Positions 7,701 to 17,085 of a DNA stretch of 64,000 nucleotides are shown piece by piece. Both the position numbers and the translations under genes were made by a program. The stretch is taken from the IMG/VR virus record IMGVR_UViG_3300033997_000092, positions 1-64,000 of that record. The stretch is one strand, 5' to 3'. How positions within the stretch are numbered: the stretch's first letter is position 1; every line of letters begins with the position of its first letter. The notes beneath the pieces are model-generated. The model was not told the DNA's origin, did no database searches, and worked only from the letters and a program-made list of their open reading frames with translations.

Positions 7701-9770
7701 ATGAAGCAGCTTCAATTGTCGCCTGAAGGAAAAATGCACTGGGCTGAATATACACGCAACGCCTGTATTAAGATCGAAGACAATCCTGTCACAAACAGTA
7801 TGCCTACTTTCATTCCTGTTGAAGGCAAGAAAGATTTCTTCGGTATATTGGGTGCGTGTGGTATAACTCCTGACGGAAATAAAGCTCCTGCAGCTACAGC
7901 GGCGAAAGCACTAGAGACGGTTATAGCTAAAACGAAAGGCAAATATCCAGGCGTAGCGACATTGCCTTTTCTAGTCTGGGTTACTTCAGGTGGCGGTGAC
8001 GTCCAACAAAAAGCCAGTATGTATACTGTGCTAAATAAAGCACTGGTCGACACATACATGCCTACTCTGATCAATAGGCTTGCTTTGCCTGAAAACAGAG
8101 AAGACTTTTTGGAAACACTGGAATCCATCAGAGCGGTTGATTCTGCGGCTGTTGACAACGGTGAGGCGGCTTTCGAGCGTGACAATTCATTCCCTTGGTC
8201 ACGAGGAAGACAGTGTGATTTGATTTGGCGCAATAGAACGATTGGTTTAATATCTGACCTGTTGCGTGACTGTACGATAACGGTTAAAGATAGCACTATC
8301 CATCCTTCTACAGAAAATGTGATTGCTGAAAACACATTCATGTTTCTGATGTACTTGGCTATCACTGTGGGTCTGGTGCCTCAACTCGTTGCCTACGCAC
8401 TTACTAATCTAGGTATGCAACGCTACTTACCGAATTTGATAAGCGGTCCATTACGTAAGCTTATGGAAGAACAGATGGTTTTGGTAGACGGCAAACTAAA
8501 CCCAATCATCTACCACTACATAGCCAACGTAATGTACGACAACAACGTGGTGATACGTTATCTACTCAGCGACAAACCAAGCGAAGGAGAGTACAGCCAA
8601 GCCTTGTATCATCTGAAATTGATTGGTAAGAGTATAGATGAACGCCTTGATGCAGTATGTGATGGCAAAACAATTCTGTCTGTATTTGGATTCGACACTG
8701 ATATAGGTACCGAAGTTCCTTCCACAGTAATGCGTATGGAAGAATTCTATGTCAAAGACAGTTTGAATTCCACTGTATCACAAATGAACAACTATATCTC
8801 CTTAGATAAGTTGAACAAAATCGCTACCATCAAGGCAATCTTGGCTCCGTTCCAAGAAGCGCAGATGTCTAGTGCCTTGCGTGTGAAATACTCACGTGGT
8901 ATTAAACTGGTGCTGGCTGACATTATCGAATGTGCCGAAACACTGAACAGCACTCAGGTCCACGTCCAATCGTTGGTAGAAGCACTGTCGATTGCCTCAA
9001 TCACTGAGATGGTCCAGAAACTGGCGGACATTGATAAGAATGTCGATGTCCAAATCCAAGCATTGGATATGTTAGTCAAAGAAGCATTATGGGCAAACGA
9101 AGAAGCCAATGACGTAACTTTGCAACAGGAGCCAGTTGCTGCCAAATCCGAAAGTGAACTTGTTGCAATGTATGAAGATGAAATTCATACTCTAACAGGT
9201 CGTGTGCAGGACTTAACTACACAACTGCAAGATGCACAGCAGAAGTTACAGAAAGCAGGCCAGTTGATTGCCGAACAGCCTACACAAGTAGCTCCTGTTG
9301 TTAAGTGTGACCACAACCTGTTACAACGTGCGTTGAGCGACGACCTGCGTCTGTCAGAAATTCCTGATATTGTCAAAGCTTACTTTAGCCATGTTGTGTT
9401 TTTGCCAGGCAGCACCGACGAGTTGAAGAACTCCATCTACAAGAAGCCTGCTAAAGTATTGGAAGCACTGATTCGTTTGTGTGGTCCGTACTACGAAACA
9501 TTGATGTCAGGTAAGCCTGACTCAGTAGCAATGGAAATCATGGGCAATCTGTACCGTGCTAACGAAAGCGGCTTGACTATGGGTACTCCTGATTTGCGCC
9601 GTCTGCGTGAATTTGAAGTAAACGGCAAACGTGTGGAGTTTGAACAACATTTGGATATTGGTACACGTCACGGCGATGCGTATTGTATGCAAGTACACTT
9701 CCGTATTATCGAAGGTGTTCTTTACATAGGCCGTATGGGCGGTCACCTGCCTGTAAGCAAATTGCGTTAA
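7701..9770 (+). CDS. large protein with a coiled coil and a putative RelE/ParE-like C-terminal domain
   Basis: 689 aa; heptad region near aa 480-525; C-terminal HLDIG...QVHF...YIGRMGGHL. Confidence 0.6.
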   Translation: MKQLQLSPEGKMHWAEYTRNACIKIEDNPVTNSMPTFIPVEGKKDFFGILGACGITPDGNKAPAATAAKALETVIAKTKGKYPGVATLPFLVWVTSGGGDVQQKASMYTVLNKALVDTYMPTLINRLALPENREDFLETLESIRAVDSAAVDNGEAAFERDNSFPWSRGRQCDLIWRNRTIGLISDLLRDCTITVKDSTIHPSTENVIAENTFMFLMYLAITVGLVPQLVAYALTNLGMQRYLPNLISGPLRKLMEEQMVLVDGKLNPIIYHYIANVMYDNNVVIRYLLSDKPSEGEYSQALYHLKLIGKSIDERLDAVCDGKTILSVFGFDTDIGTEVPSTVMRMEEFYVKDSLNSTVSQMNNYISLDKLNKIATIKAILAPFQEAQMSSALRVKYSRGIKLVLADIIECAETLNSTQVHVQSLVEALSIASITEMVQKLADIDKNVDVQIQALDMLVKEALWANEEANDVTLQQEPVAAKSESELVAMYEDEIHTLTGRVQDLTTQLQDAQQKLQKAGQLIAEQPTQVAPVVKCDHNLLQRALSDDLRLSEIPDIVKAYFSHVVFLPGSTDELKNSIYKKPAKVLEALIRLCGPYYETLMSGKPDSVAMEIMGNLYRANESGLTMGTPDLRRLREFEVNGKRVEFEQHLDIGTRHGDAYCMQVHFRIIEGVLYIGRMGGHLPVSKLR

Positions 9771-9778
9771 TCCTTACT

Positions 9779-9808
9779 GGGTAGAGGGCAAGCGTTCTCT
9801 ACCCTTTA
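9779..9808 (+). terminator. hairpin, possible intrinsic terminator
   Basis: GGGTAGAGGGC-AAGC-GTTCTCTACCC followed by a short TTT. Confidence 0.5.
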
Positions 9809-9848
9809 GTGTAAATGTATAAGTATAACAGCTATCTGGAGAAGAAAG

Positions 9849-10418
9849 ATGCAAGAAGCTATACAGAGGGTCAAAGCAGAGTTACTAAAAGAAGGCATAG
9901 AGGCAGGTTTGATTGTATTCAGCCATGACCTTCCTTGGGCAGATGTAGTTATCGATTTGGATGTACGCGGCTACAAACACCGTGTGTCGAAGATAATGCC
10001 CACAAGTTGGTTCGATGCTGAGTCAATGCAGTCAATTGGTTATATTGTGAATTCTATAATCAAATGCTACGCTGCGTTACGCAACCAAACGAATGCACGT
10101 GGCATATCAAACACCGCATACTCACTGTCGGATTCAATGTTCTTTTTAGGCAAACTCTCAATCACTGATGGGTATATTTTGTCAAAAAACTTCGGCCGTA
10201 TGATTATGGATGCTCCTCCACGCGACGAAGTTATTTTGGTAGAACGATTGGCTGTTCCTAACGGATTGCTATTTCAAAAGAAATCCGTTCCACTTTCAGA
10301 GCATTCGTATCTGCTTATCAGGTCGCATTGGGAAGACTTTGTTAATCCAATTCGTGAAGACAGTGTGCTTATCTGCAACCAACACAAGGTATTGTTGTCG
10401 TCAACTACAGGGAATTAG
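9849..10418 (+). CDS. hypothetical protein
   Basis: 189-aa ORF with a GGAG RBS. Confidence 0.75.
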   Translation: MQEAIQRVKAELLKEGIEAGLIVFSHDLPWADVVIDLDVRGYKHRVSKIMPTSWFDAESMQSIGYIVNSIIKCYAALRNQTNARGISNTAYSLSDSMFFLGKLSITDGYILSKNFGRMIMDAPPRDEVILVERLAVPNGLLFQKKSVPLSEHSYLLIRSHWEDFVNPIREDSVLICNQHKVLLSSTTGN

Positions 10419-10419
10419 T

Positions 10420-10734
10420 ATGATGGATTTATTAAGCGCGTACCGCTTACTTAATGTGAGTTTGGCATTAGTAAGTACAGCTACCGCTGCGTGGGTTCTT
10501 ATATCAGGAATGATTGTAGGTCGCATGGACAGTATCACAGTCTCTTTATTGGACTATGTTACTAATGCAGCAATAGCTATCTTGGTATTGTATATGGCTC
10601 ATATTCCTTTCTATAAAGCCATACAAAAATCCGCATTACGTGCCTATATAAGCGCCGAAGTATCGTATGGACTGATAGCAAGCGCTTTGGTTATAGTTGT
10701 GTTGACTTCATTCAGGATTACTCAATATGGATAA
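10420..10734 (+). CDS. small 3-TM membrane protein
   Basis: ATG at 10420 right after the upstream stop; three hydrophobic helices. Confidence 0.65.
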   Translation: MMDLLSAYRLLNVSLALVSTATAAWVLISGMIVGRMDSITVSLLDYVTNAAIAILVLYMAHIPFYKAIQKSALRAYISAEVSYGLIASALVIVVLTSFRITQYG

Positions 10735-11053
10735 CAGGGAAAAAGCAAAGCTTATGCTGGATGTTGTTGCTGTCGTTGCTGGACTGAGTATCATAACTGT
10801 TATGGTTGCTAAAGACCCGGCTATTCATTTCGACATCGACAGAACTATCCGTATGTGGGTACAAACAATACTGTGTTCCTTGTTCATGTTTGTAACGTAT
10901 GTGTCCTACGTAACAGCGGACCTCGAAGAATGCCATAGTGTTAGCCTGGTAGAAAGTATTAAAGCCAGCACAGCATTGGCCTCATTTGTAGTTGGTGTCT
11001 TTTTAACAATGACACTATACGAAGCTGTTCCAATAGTCTGGAGTATCTTATGA
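10727..11053 (+). CDS. small 3-TM membrane protein
   Basis: Three hydrophobic helices; overlaps both neighbours. Confidence 0.7.
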   Translation: MDNREKAKLMLDVVAVVAGLSIITVMVAKDPAIHFDIDRTIRMWVQTILCSLFMFVTYVSYVTADLEECHSVSLVESIKASTALASFVVGVFLTMTLYEAVPIVWSIL

Positions 11054-11478
11054 GAAAGTATGAAACGTCTTTTAACGATTTCAGATCGATGTTCGATGAA
11101 GCTCTGGCCCGTGCCAAGCTATTAGGTAAATTCGGCTATGAAATAAATCGCTATGTAATCTTCGGTTGCGTTGATTTTTACATGCGTGTAGGTACCGACA
11201 TGAAGACAGGTGTACTTTATGCGAAAGTAACAACTGTCACAAGTACCAATCCAGGATCTGGAGTATTCAAAGAGGTACTTCCTGAGCTACACAAAGTCGC
11301 TGTCGAATGTGGTGCCGACACTTTTAAATTTGATTGCGTACTATCTGAGCGCCTGTTCGATTTACTTAAAAACATGGGTTACTCTGTGGTAACTCAAATA
11401 GATGAACCTCGTGGTGTATCTGGTACACTGCATTTCAATTTACTGGAGAACGAAAATGTCACAACCTGCAATGCTTAA
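11050..11478 (+). CDS. putative GNAT-fold acetyltransferase
   Basis: PGSGVFKEVLPELHKVA (motif A-like) and LFDLLKNMGY (motif B-like). Confidence 0.55.
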   Translation: MRKYETSFNDFRSMFDEALARAKLLGKFGYEINRYVIFGCVDFYMRVGTDMKTGVLYAKVTTVTSTNPGSGVFKEVLPELHKVAVECGADTFKFDCVLSERLFDLLKNMGYSVVTQIDEPRGVSGTLHFNLLENENVTTCNA

Positions 11479-11989
11479 CAAAGTCGAATCACAACCTACG
11501 GTAGAACACTTCCCACTTACAATGAGTAAGATTGGATTCAATGGTGTTTATCAATCCAAAGAACCTGGTTCTGTGGAAGTGTCACGTTATTTCAGTGTGT
11601 CGGTGTATGAGCAAGATAACGTGCGTCTGATGGCTGTCCGTATACACAGTGAAGTAAAAGTTCCGAAGTTGGAAGGCATTTTATCTGGTGCTACCCCAGT
11701 GACCGATTACATCAAAAATGCAATCGACTACACTGTAACTACTGAAGGTCATACTGTGCTGCGCTTCATCGCCGACACTACAGCTCCGGAAGAAACAGAT
11801 ATTGTGGCAGCGTACAACGATGTTCAGGTTCCTGTTATGCAGTGGGATATCCTGGACATTACTATGCGCGTTATGGCAGATTTGGGTTTTGATTTAATGA
11901 CCCAGTATGCTGTTCGGGCATTAGTAAATCGCAGCACCGATGCGTTGCTGTTAGGCAATAATGTAGCCAGCGAAGAAACAGGTGAATAG
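11456..11989 (+). CDS. hypothetical protein
   Basis: ATG at 11456 after GGAG. Confidence 0.7.
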   Translation: MSQPAMLNKVESQPTVEHFPLTMSKIGFNGVYQSKEPGSVEVSRYFSVSVYEQDNVRLMAVRIHSEVKVPKLEGILSGATPVTDYIKNAIDYTVTTEGHTVLRFIADTTAPEETDIVAAYNDVQVPVMQWDILDITMRVMADLGFDLMTQYAVRALVNRSTDALLLGNNVASEETGE

Positions 11990-12539
11990 CATGAGCGACA
12001 ACATCTTAGCTTTGGAAAAACTGGACGAATCGTCAGCGCGTATCGTCTTGATGTTAAACGTGCCTATGTGTTTCAGCCTGAGACATGATCTGTCCCAGGA
12101 CCTTCAGGACACACTGTTTGATTTCCTGAACGATTTAGGTATAGCGTTCGACTTCAAACCGTTCTTAGATAAACCTGATACACCAGACGGTCCTTACGAC
12201 TCCGTTGATCCTAACGAACCGTCTACTGCCGTATATGACGAAGACGATGAAGAAGACGAGATTGATACTGAATCATGGAACGACTTCAGTGATCACTGCT
12301 ACGCACTTTTCCGTGCTGGAAAACTTCCGTATTTGTTTATCGGTGTTGCTGATGTTCCTGTTCCCTTCGACGTCCGTAAAGATGCTGAAGGTAACATCGA
12401 AAGCTACAGCAGCAATGAATTCGGCATGTATCGTTCGTACCTCATCAAAGGTAACAACATGAGCGAGATGGCAGATTGTATTCTGGAGATTGAGAATAAT
12501 CTTCTGGAAGAAGTCTGGAAAAAAGAACAACAAAACTAA
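11982..12539 (+). CDS. acidic hypothetical protein
   Basis: 185-aa ORF overlapping the upstream stop. Confidence 0.75.
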   Translation: MNSMSDNILALEKLDESSARIVLMLNVPMCFSLRHDLSQDLQDTLFDFLNDLGIAFDFKPFLDKPDTPDGPYDSVDPNEPSTAVYDEDDEEDEIDTESWNDFSDHCYALFRAGKLPYLFIGVADVPVPFDVRKDAEGNIESYSSNEFGMYRSYLIKGNNMSEMADCILEIENNLLEEVWKKEQQN

Positions 12540-12562
12540 TCAAATCATTGGGGAAATGAACC

Positions 12563-13273
12563 ATGAAAGTAATGCAGTGGATTGAGAAAAACAACTCTAA
12601 GTTTATGCGTTCGGTTATTGTACTGGCGTTACTGTTAACTGTTGGCGTATGGGCACACGTACTGATTACGTTGGACGGAATCAAACAAAGCTTTGAAGAA
12701 TTAAAGACGTCACAGGTATCGTATGTAACTGACACCGAACAGAACTTACCTGAAGTAGCATCTATGCAAATAGATTCAATCGACCAGAAGCTGGCTACTA
12801 ACGAAGGTGATGAACGTGTTACTAAGCACGGGCTTGATACGATGTCACCAGAACAATTGGACAGGCTTGTAGAAATTTACGCATACGCTGATCGTGTTAG
12901 TGAATATGGATTGACATTGACAGCTATTGCGTGGAAAGAAAGCAGAGGCTCGCGTTATCCTGTAAACTTGGACGACCCGTCGTGTGGTCCATTTCACACA
13001 AAAGTTAGCAACGTCCTAACACGCGAAAAGATTGAAGTGACACCGTTCAACAAAAACGTAGTGTGTGCTAAACTGATGCGGGACTTACCTTTCGCTGTGA
13101 AACACGCAAACATGGAACTCAATGTGTGGCGTACAAAGCACAAAGGTAACTGGCGCAAGATGGTCGAGTCCTACAACTCAGGACACGGCAAAAACAAATC
13201 TTATGCAGAAGATATTGCGGAGATTGTAGATATTCTCCGTACGTCCAACATAGATCGTTTATCTGAATTGTGA
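12563..13273 (+). CDS. membrane-anchored lytic transglycosylase (SLT/lysozyme-like)
   Basis: N-terminal TM helix, catalytic AIAWKES motif and C-terminal SYNSG (AYNAG-like) motif. Confidence 0.75.
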   Translation: MKVMQWIEKNNSKFMRSVIVLALLLTVGVWAHVLITLDGIKQSFEELKTSQVSYVTDTEQNLPEVASMQIDSIDQKLATNEGDERVTKHGLDTMSPEQLDRLVEIYAYADRVSEYGLTLTAIAWKESRGSRYPVNLDDPSCGPFHTKVSNVLTREKIEVTPFNKNVVCAKLMRDLPFAVKHANMELNVWRTKHKGNWRKMVESYNSGHGKNKSYAEDIAEIVDILRTSNIDRLSEL

Positions 13274-13281
13274 GGTGACGT

Positions 13282-14205
13282 ATGTCCGGCCAATCTCAAC
13301 AATGTTTGTTTTTGCAACTAGCGCAAGGTCGTGCATTGGAACTTTTGAAGTCAGTGAACTTCGACCAACAAAAAATCAGTGCTATGCTTTTGGACATGCA
13401 GGACATAGAGGCTATCAGGAAGCAAGCTTCTATTACGTTTGGTGATATTGTGCTGGACACAAAGGACTTAGAAGTGTTCGGTAAGTTGATTCGTGAAAAT
13501 TTACGAATACTCAAAAAGCCAAACGTCAACCTCATGGACCCACTACGAAAAGCTGTCATGCGTGTTTGCTCTACTCCAGCATTAGATTTGTTTGATGCAC
13601 ACTTAGACGAGCATGTAGGTTCAGGTAAGTCTGTTGGTGTTAGCTTGCGTACAGTATATCCTGATTTAGTCACTCTTACTGAAACCAGCGACCTCACGTT
13701 CGGTGATATAAATATCAAAGTTCGCCGTGATTTGATGTATGATGGCCACGGAGCAAGTGTTGGATATTTCTATTATGTACGTGTGTCAGGTCGTAGGCAT
13801 GTGAGTAATTCTTTCTGTGGTAAAGTTTCCGGTATGTATTACGAAGAAGGCCCAATAATGCCTGTGCTAGTCGGCGCTCTTGGACTGTTATTAGTACACG
13901 CCAAATTGGTCAATATAGGCCTTACAGGCCAGTACAAGAAACCTGATCAAATACTGTCGTTGAATAATCCATGTGAAGAGGTGCTACGCATTGGAATAGG
14001 ATCGAGACAAGTTGATCAGATATTTATGCAAGATATGAAGCTCGGTGAGATTTTATTTAACGAGTTTGCTGATTATCCGGGCATATCATTCTTTGAGAGT
14101 GTCGCACATTACCAAAAGTCAGAAGAAGTTATTAAGCTTCTGGACAGTGTGCGTGACTGCAACAGCATTCTCCGTAAAGCAATCTTGATTGAAGGACTAT
14201 TGTAA
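13282..14205 (+). CDS. hypothetical protein
   Basis: 307-aa ORF with a GAGG RBS. Confidence 0.75.
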   Translation: MSGQSQQCLFLQLAQGRALELLKSVNFDQQKISAMLLDMQDIEAIRKQASITFGDIVLDTKDLEVFGKLIRENLRILKKPNVNLMDPLRKAVMRVCSTPALDLFDAHLDEHVGSGKSVGVSLRTVYPDLVTLTETSDLTFGDINIKVRRDLMYDGHGASVGYFYYVRVSGRRHVSNSFCGKVSGMYYEEGPIMPVLVGALGLLLVHAKLVNIGLTGQYKKPDQILSLNNPCEEVLRIGIGSRQVDQIFMQDMKLGEILFNEFADYPGISFFESVAHYQKSEEVIKLLDSVRDCNSILRKAILIEGLL

Positions 14206-14639
14206 TGGGATTTCGCACAACTGTTAAACGTACAATGTATTTTGTTGGAGTGCGTTGGTATAAGTTCTACACAGCGTTATTGTTGTGGATAACATCGCTG
14301 CGCTGGGAAGACGGCCGACAGAACTCAGGCTACAAAAAGTTTAAGCTGTGGTCGTTCTTGAGTTCCGACGGCTGGATTATCTGGTACCCGAAAGGCAGTA
14401 GTGTTCCTGTACACCGTGATGGTACATTCAAAGGTAAACGACATCGACGGTTGAATATAGTGCTGTACAACTCCAGCGATAGTTGTTTTAAGCACAATGC
14501 TCAGGCACCTTACTTGGTAACAGAATGGTTCTTCAACAGAATAGTGCTGTTCTATGCCAGTGAAGTAGATCACTGGGTCGATGAAGTTGACGGCACTCGC
14601 GTAGTGTTATCTTTTGGCTGGCTGGAGAACGCAAAATGA
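14205..14639 (+). CDS. 2OG-Fe(II) oxygenase
   Basis: YPKGSSVPVHRD (HxD), distal H in DHWV and R in TRVVLSFGW. Confidence 0.8.
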   Translation: MGFRTTVKRTMYFVGVRWYKFYTALLLWITSLRWEDGRQNSGYKKFKLWSFLSSDGWIIWYPKGSSVPVHRDGTFKGKRHRRLNIVLYNSSDSCFKHNAQAPYLVTEWFFNRIVLFYASEVDHWVDEVDGTRVVLSFGWLENAK

Positions 14640-14914
14640 AACAGTGGATCGCAGTAGGCGTTGTGACTGCTTTAGGTTGGATAGTTTACTTTTCATTAAA
14701 CGCTGTGCCATTAGATAAAGTCGCGCCTACAGTAATAGTTCCTGTCCAGGTTAAAGAGGACCAGATTGAAGTAGTCGGGCGTTACTGCATAGATGGAATT
14801 CGCGTTGTTCATTACAAAGTAAAGCGATGGTCAGATCGTTACGAATTCTACAACTACGTTCAGGCTCATGATGGAGCAATAACTGAATTCAATATTAACT
14901 ACGGCTACTGTTAG
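14636..14914 (+). CDS. small protein with an N-terminal TM/signal segment
   Basis: Hydrophobic N-terminus; ATGA overlap. Confidence 0.65.
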   Translation: MKQWIAVGVVTALGWIVYFSLNAVPLDKVAPTVIVPVQVKEDQIEVVGRYCIDGIRVVHYKVKRWSDRYEFYNYVQAHDGAITEFNINYGYC

Positions 14915-14916
14915 GA

Positions 14917-15279
14917 GTGCTTATGGCAGGACCGTTTCGTGACCCAGAGCATATAAACAATATGCTCAAGAAAGACCCGAAGCTTGGATTAGGTGATTCG
15001 CCAGAGCTAGATATAAATGAATGCTACTGGTTTTCGATTCTGGCCCGTGTAGAAGAATGTCCTGCACTTGCCAGAAATGTAAATCTTAATTCAATGCTTC
15101 GTAGAGTTGAATCAGAACTGGGCTACAGATATGCTGCCCGTGTTGCTTCAAGGTTCTCCTGCTTACGCGGAGACGCTGGTGCTTTATTTTTGCGTACTGT
15201 ACAGCAAGCAAAGATGGGCGTAAAATTTATGAAAGAGTTTGATAGGCATAGTGCCATATACCGAACTTGTAAATGTTGA
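14917..15279 (+). CDS. hypothetical protein
   Basis: 120-aa ORF with an AGGAG RBS. Confidence 0.7.
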   Translation: MLMAGPFRDPEHINNMLKKDPKLGLGDSPELDINECYWFSILARVEECPALARNVNLNSMLRRVESELGYRYAARVASRFSCLRGDAGALFLRTVQQAKMGVKFMKEFDRHSAIYRTCKC

Positions 15280-15291
15280 GTATAGCTCAAC

Positions 15292-16299
15292 TTGGAGTTG
15301 TGTATGTTGAATACAATGCGTGGTTTAGGTACCTATATCTTAGATGCTTATGTGGCTGCTCAGCGTAGCCACGTGACTCGTAAGAAAATGGGTAGTGTGA
15401 TGGTCGGCCGCCGTGCAGATACAAACGTATGGCATATTATTGCCGACGGTTGCAACGGCGTTCCTCCTGGAAGTGACCACGACTTCGAGCGTGACGGTGT
15501 TACATTGCCTACAGTAATCCATTCTGAAAAGAACGTGATTACTAAGATCCACAGCATAAGTGAAGGCATAGATACGAAAGCTTTTGTACAGCAATTCGAT
15601 TTGTTTGTACTGATTGTAATGTCCAGCCCATGCGCGTCATGTGCAAACTCTATCATCGGTAGCTTCGGCCCCGAAGGCAGTTCTGCGATAAAGCTGGACG
15701 CTGTGGTCTATCTGGAATCTTACCGTGATCAAACAGGTGTACAACACTTGTTGAACGCAGGTATCAAATGCCATAAAATCACTACCGAAGAAATAGAGCA
15801 CCTGGTCCATGTTAGCCAGAATGTGACATTCGAGCTTCAGGTAGCTGCGTTAATTGGCAACAAGCTGCTGGAATCTATCTGTTCATTGACAATCTCCACG
15901 CGTATGGAAAATGAAGCGGAGTTTGAACGTAACCTGATTGACTTTGCGGCATATATGAATGATGAATTCATGGTACTTCGTGCTGAAGGCCTGGACAGAT
16001 TACGTAGTGTTCGCTATGGTCTTTTATCTGTAGGCGAAAACATGCGTACTCTTGTCGAAGGTATTCGGGTTCACAACATGAGCGTAGAAGGTTCCAATCT
16101 GGAAGACTTCGCCTCTATTGTTGATCGTGGTCCAGGCCAAACAGGTGATGCTCCGAAGTTCAATCGTGTATTTGACTTCAGTACAGGTAAAGTCGGTGTG
16201 AGTGTTGGCTTACTTCAAAATGAAGCCACGAAATCCTGGCGTCCTTACATAGTGGCGTTCCGCGGTAAATCTTTTGAGTTTGCTGAACATCTAAACTAA
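15292..16299 (+). CDS. dCMP deaminase with a C-terminal extension
   Basis: Zn-deaminase motifs IHSEKN and SPCASCA; GCNG; about 160 extra aa. Confidence 0.8.
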   Translation: MELCMLNTMRGLGTYILDAYVAAQRSHVTRKKMGSVMVGRRADTNVWHIIADGCNGVPPGSDHDFERDGVTLPTVIHSEKNVITKIHSISEGIDTKAFVQQFDLFVLIVMSSPCASCANSIIGSFGPEGSSAIKLDAVVYLESYRDQTGVQHLLNAGIKCHKITTEEIEHLVHVSQNVTFELQVAALIGNKLLESICSLTISTRMENEAEFERNLIDFAAYMNDEFMVLRAEGLDRLRSVRYGLLSVGENMRTLVEGIRVHNMSVEGSNLEDFASIVDRGPGQTGDAPKFNRVFDFSTGKVGVSVGLLQNEATKSWRPYIVAFRGKSFEFAEHLN

Positions 16300-16622
16300 T
16301 GGCTAAACTGTTTATTGGTGAAGAAAGTAAAGTTCCTGAGCTCCTGTCTCAGGTTCTTTCGTTTCAGGACTCAATGGAGATTTACTTTGATTCCTACGAT
16401 AAAAGTGATTGCTACGAAACAGTAGTCACTTGTTCTTCTGAGGCAGATGAAAAAGTCGCCGCTAAGTTTTTAATGTCACCTTATACGTTCTTGGCGTGCG
16501 TAAGTGACAACAAAACAACATTCCATAATGTCTTGGTAACAGGACTGTATGGAAACAAAGTCAGCTTATCTGTTAGCAGATCGATAGAGGCAACAATATG
16601 GGAAAACAATCTATTGCGTTAA
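16299..16622 (+). CDS. hypothetical protein
   Basis: TAATG coupling to the upstream gene. Confidence 0.7.
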   Translation: MAKLFIGEESKVPELLSQVLSFQDSMEIYFDSYDKSDCYETVVTCSSEADEKVAAKFLMSPYTFLACVSDNKTTFHNVLVTGLYGNKVSLSVSRSIEATIWENNLLR

Positions 16623-16627
16623 GCTCT

Positions 16628-16816
16628 ATGATTCCTACGACCAAACAAGAGGCAGAGAAGTTTCCTGAAGGACATTATCTGGTTCGTTTCAGGTCAGCGG
16701 AAGACAGCGAGTTACGCCTGGGTGTACTGGATGCCCACGAGAACTTTGCACGTATTGGTATGTATTTTATATTCGACGTACACTCCGTAGAATTCTACCT
16801 TCCAATAGAGGCATAG
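16628..16816 (+). CDS. hypothetical protein
   Basis: ATG at 16628; fills the gap between neighbours. Confidence 0.55.
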   Translation: MIPTTKQEAEKFPEGHYLVRFRSAEDSELRLGVLDAHENFARIGMYFIFDVHSVEFYLPIEA

Positions 16817-16818
16817 TT

Positions 16819-17079
16819 ATGCTTTACTTAATGGGATTTTGTATGTGTTTTGCCACAGTGTTTTTGAAAGGGTGGCAGCACAACAATGTTATCAAACAAC
16901 TGTACGTAAATACATTCGTAACGTCTTACCTGATGAATTTCCTAGATGTAATGTTGATTGGACTTATAGTAAAAGCGTCAACGTGGGAAATAGCTGTGTT
17001 CACTGGAGCAGGAGCTGCATTGGGTATGGTAAGTTCTATGTATCTACACAACATCATCTATGGCAAAAAGATAGGTTAA
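16819..17079 (+). CDS. small 3-TM membrane protein, paralog of 2813..3202
   Basis: FLKGWQHNNV motif and a GAGAALG helix. Confidence 0.75.
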   Translation: MLYLMGFCMCFATVFLKGWQHNNVIKQLYVNTFVTSYLMNFLDVMLIGLIVKASTWEIAVFTGAGAALGMVSSMYLHNIIYGKKIG

Positions 17080-17085
17080 CGGAGA

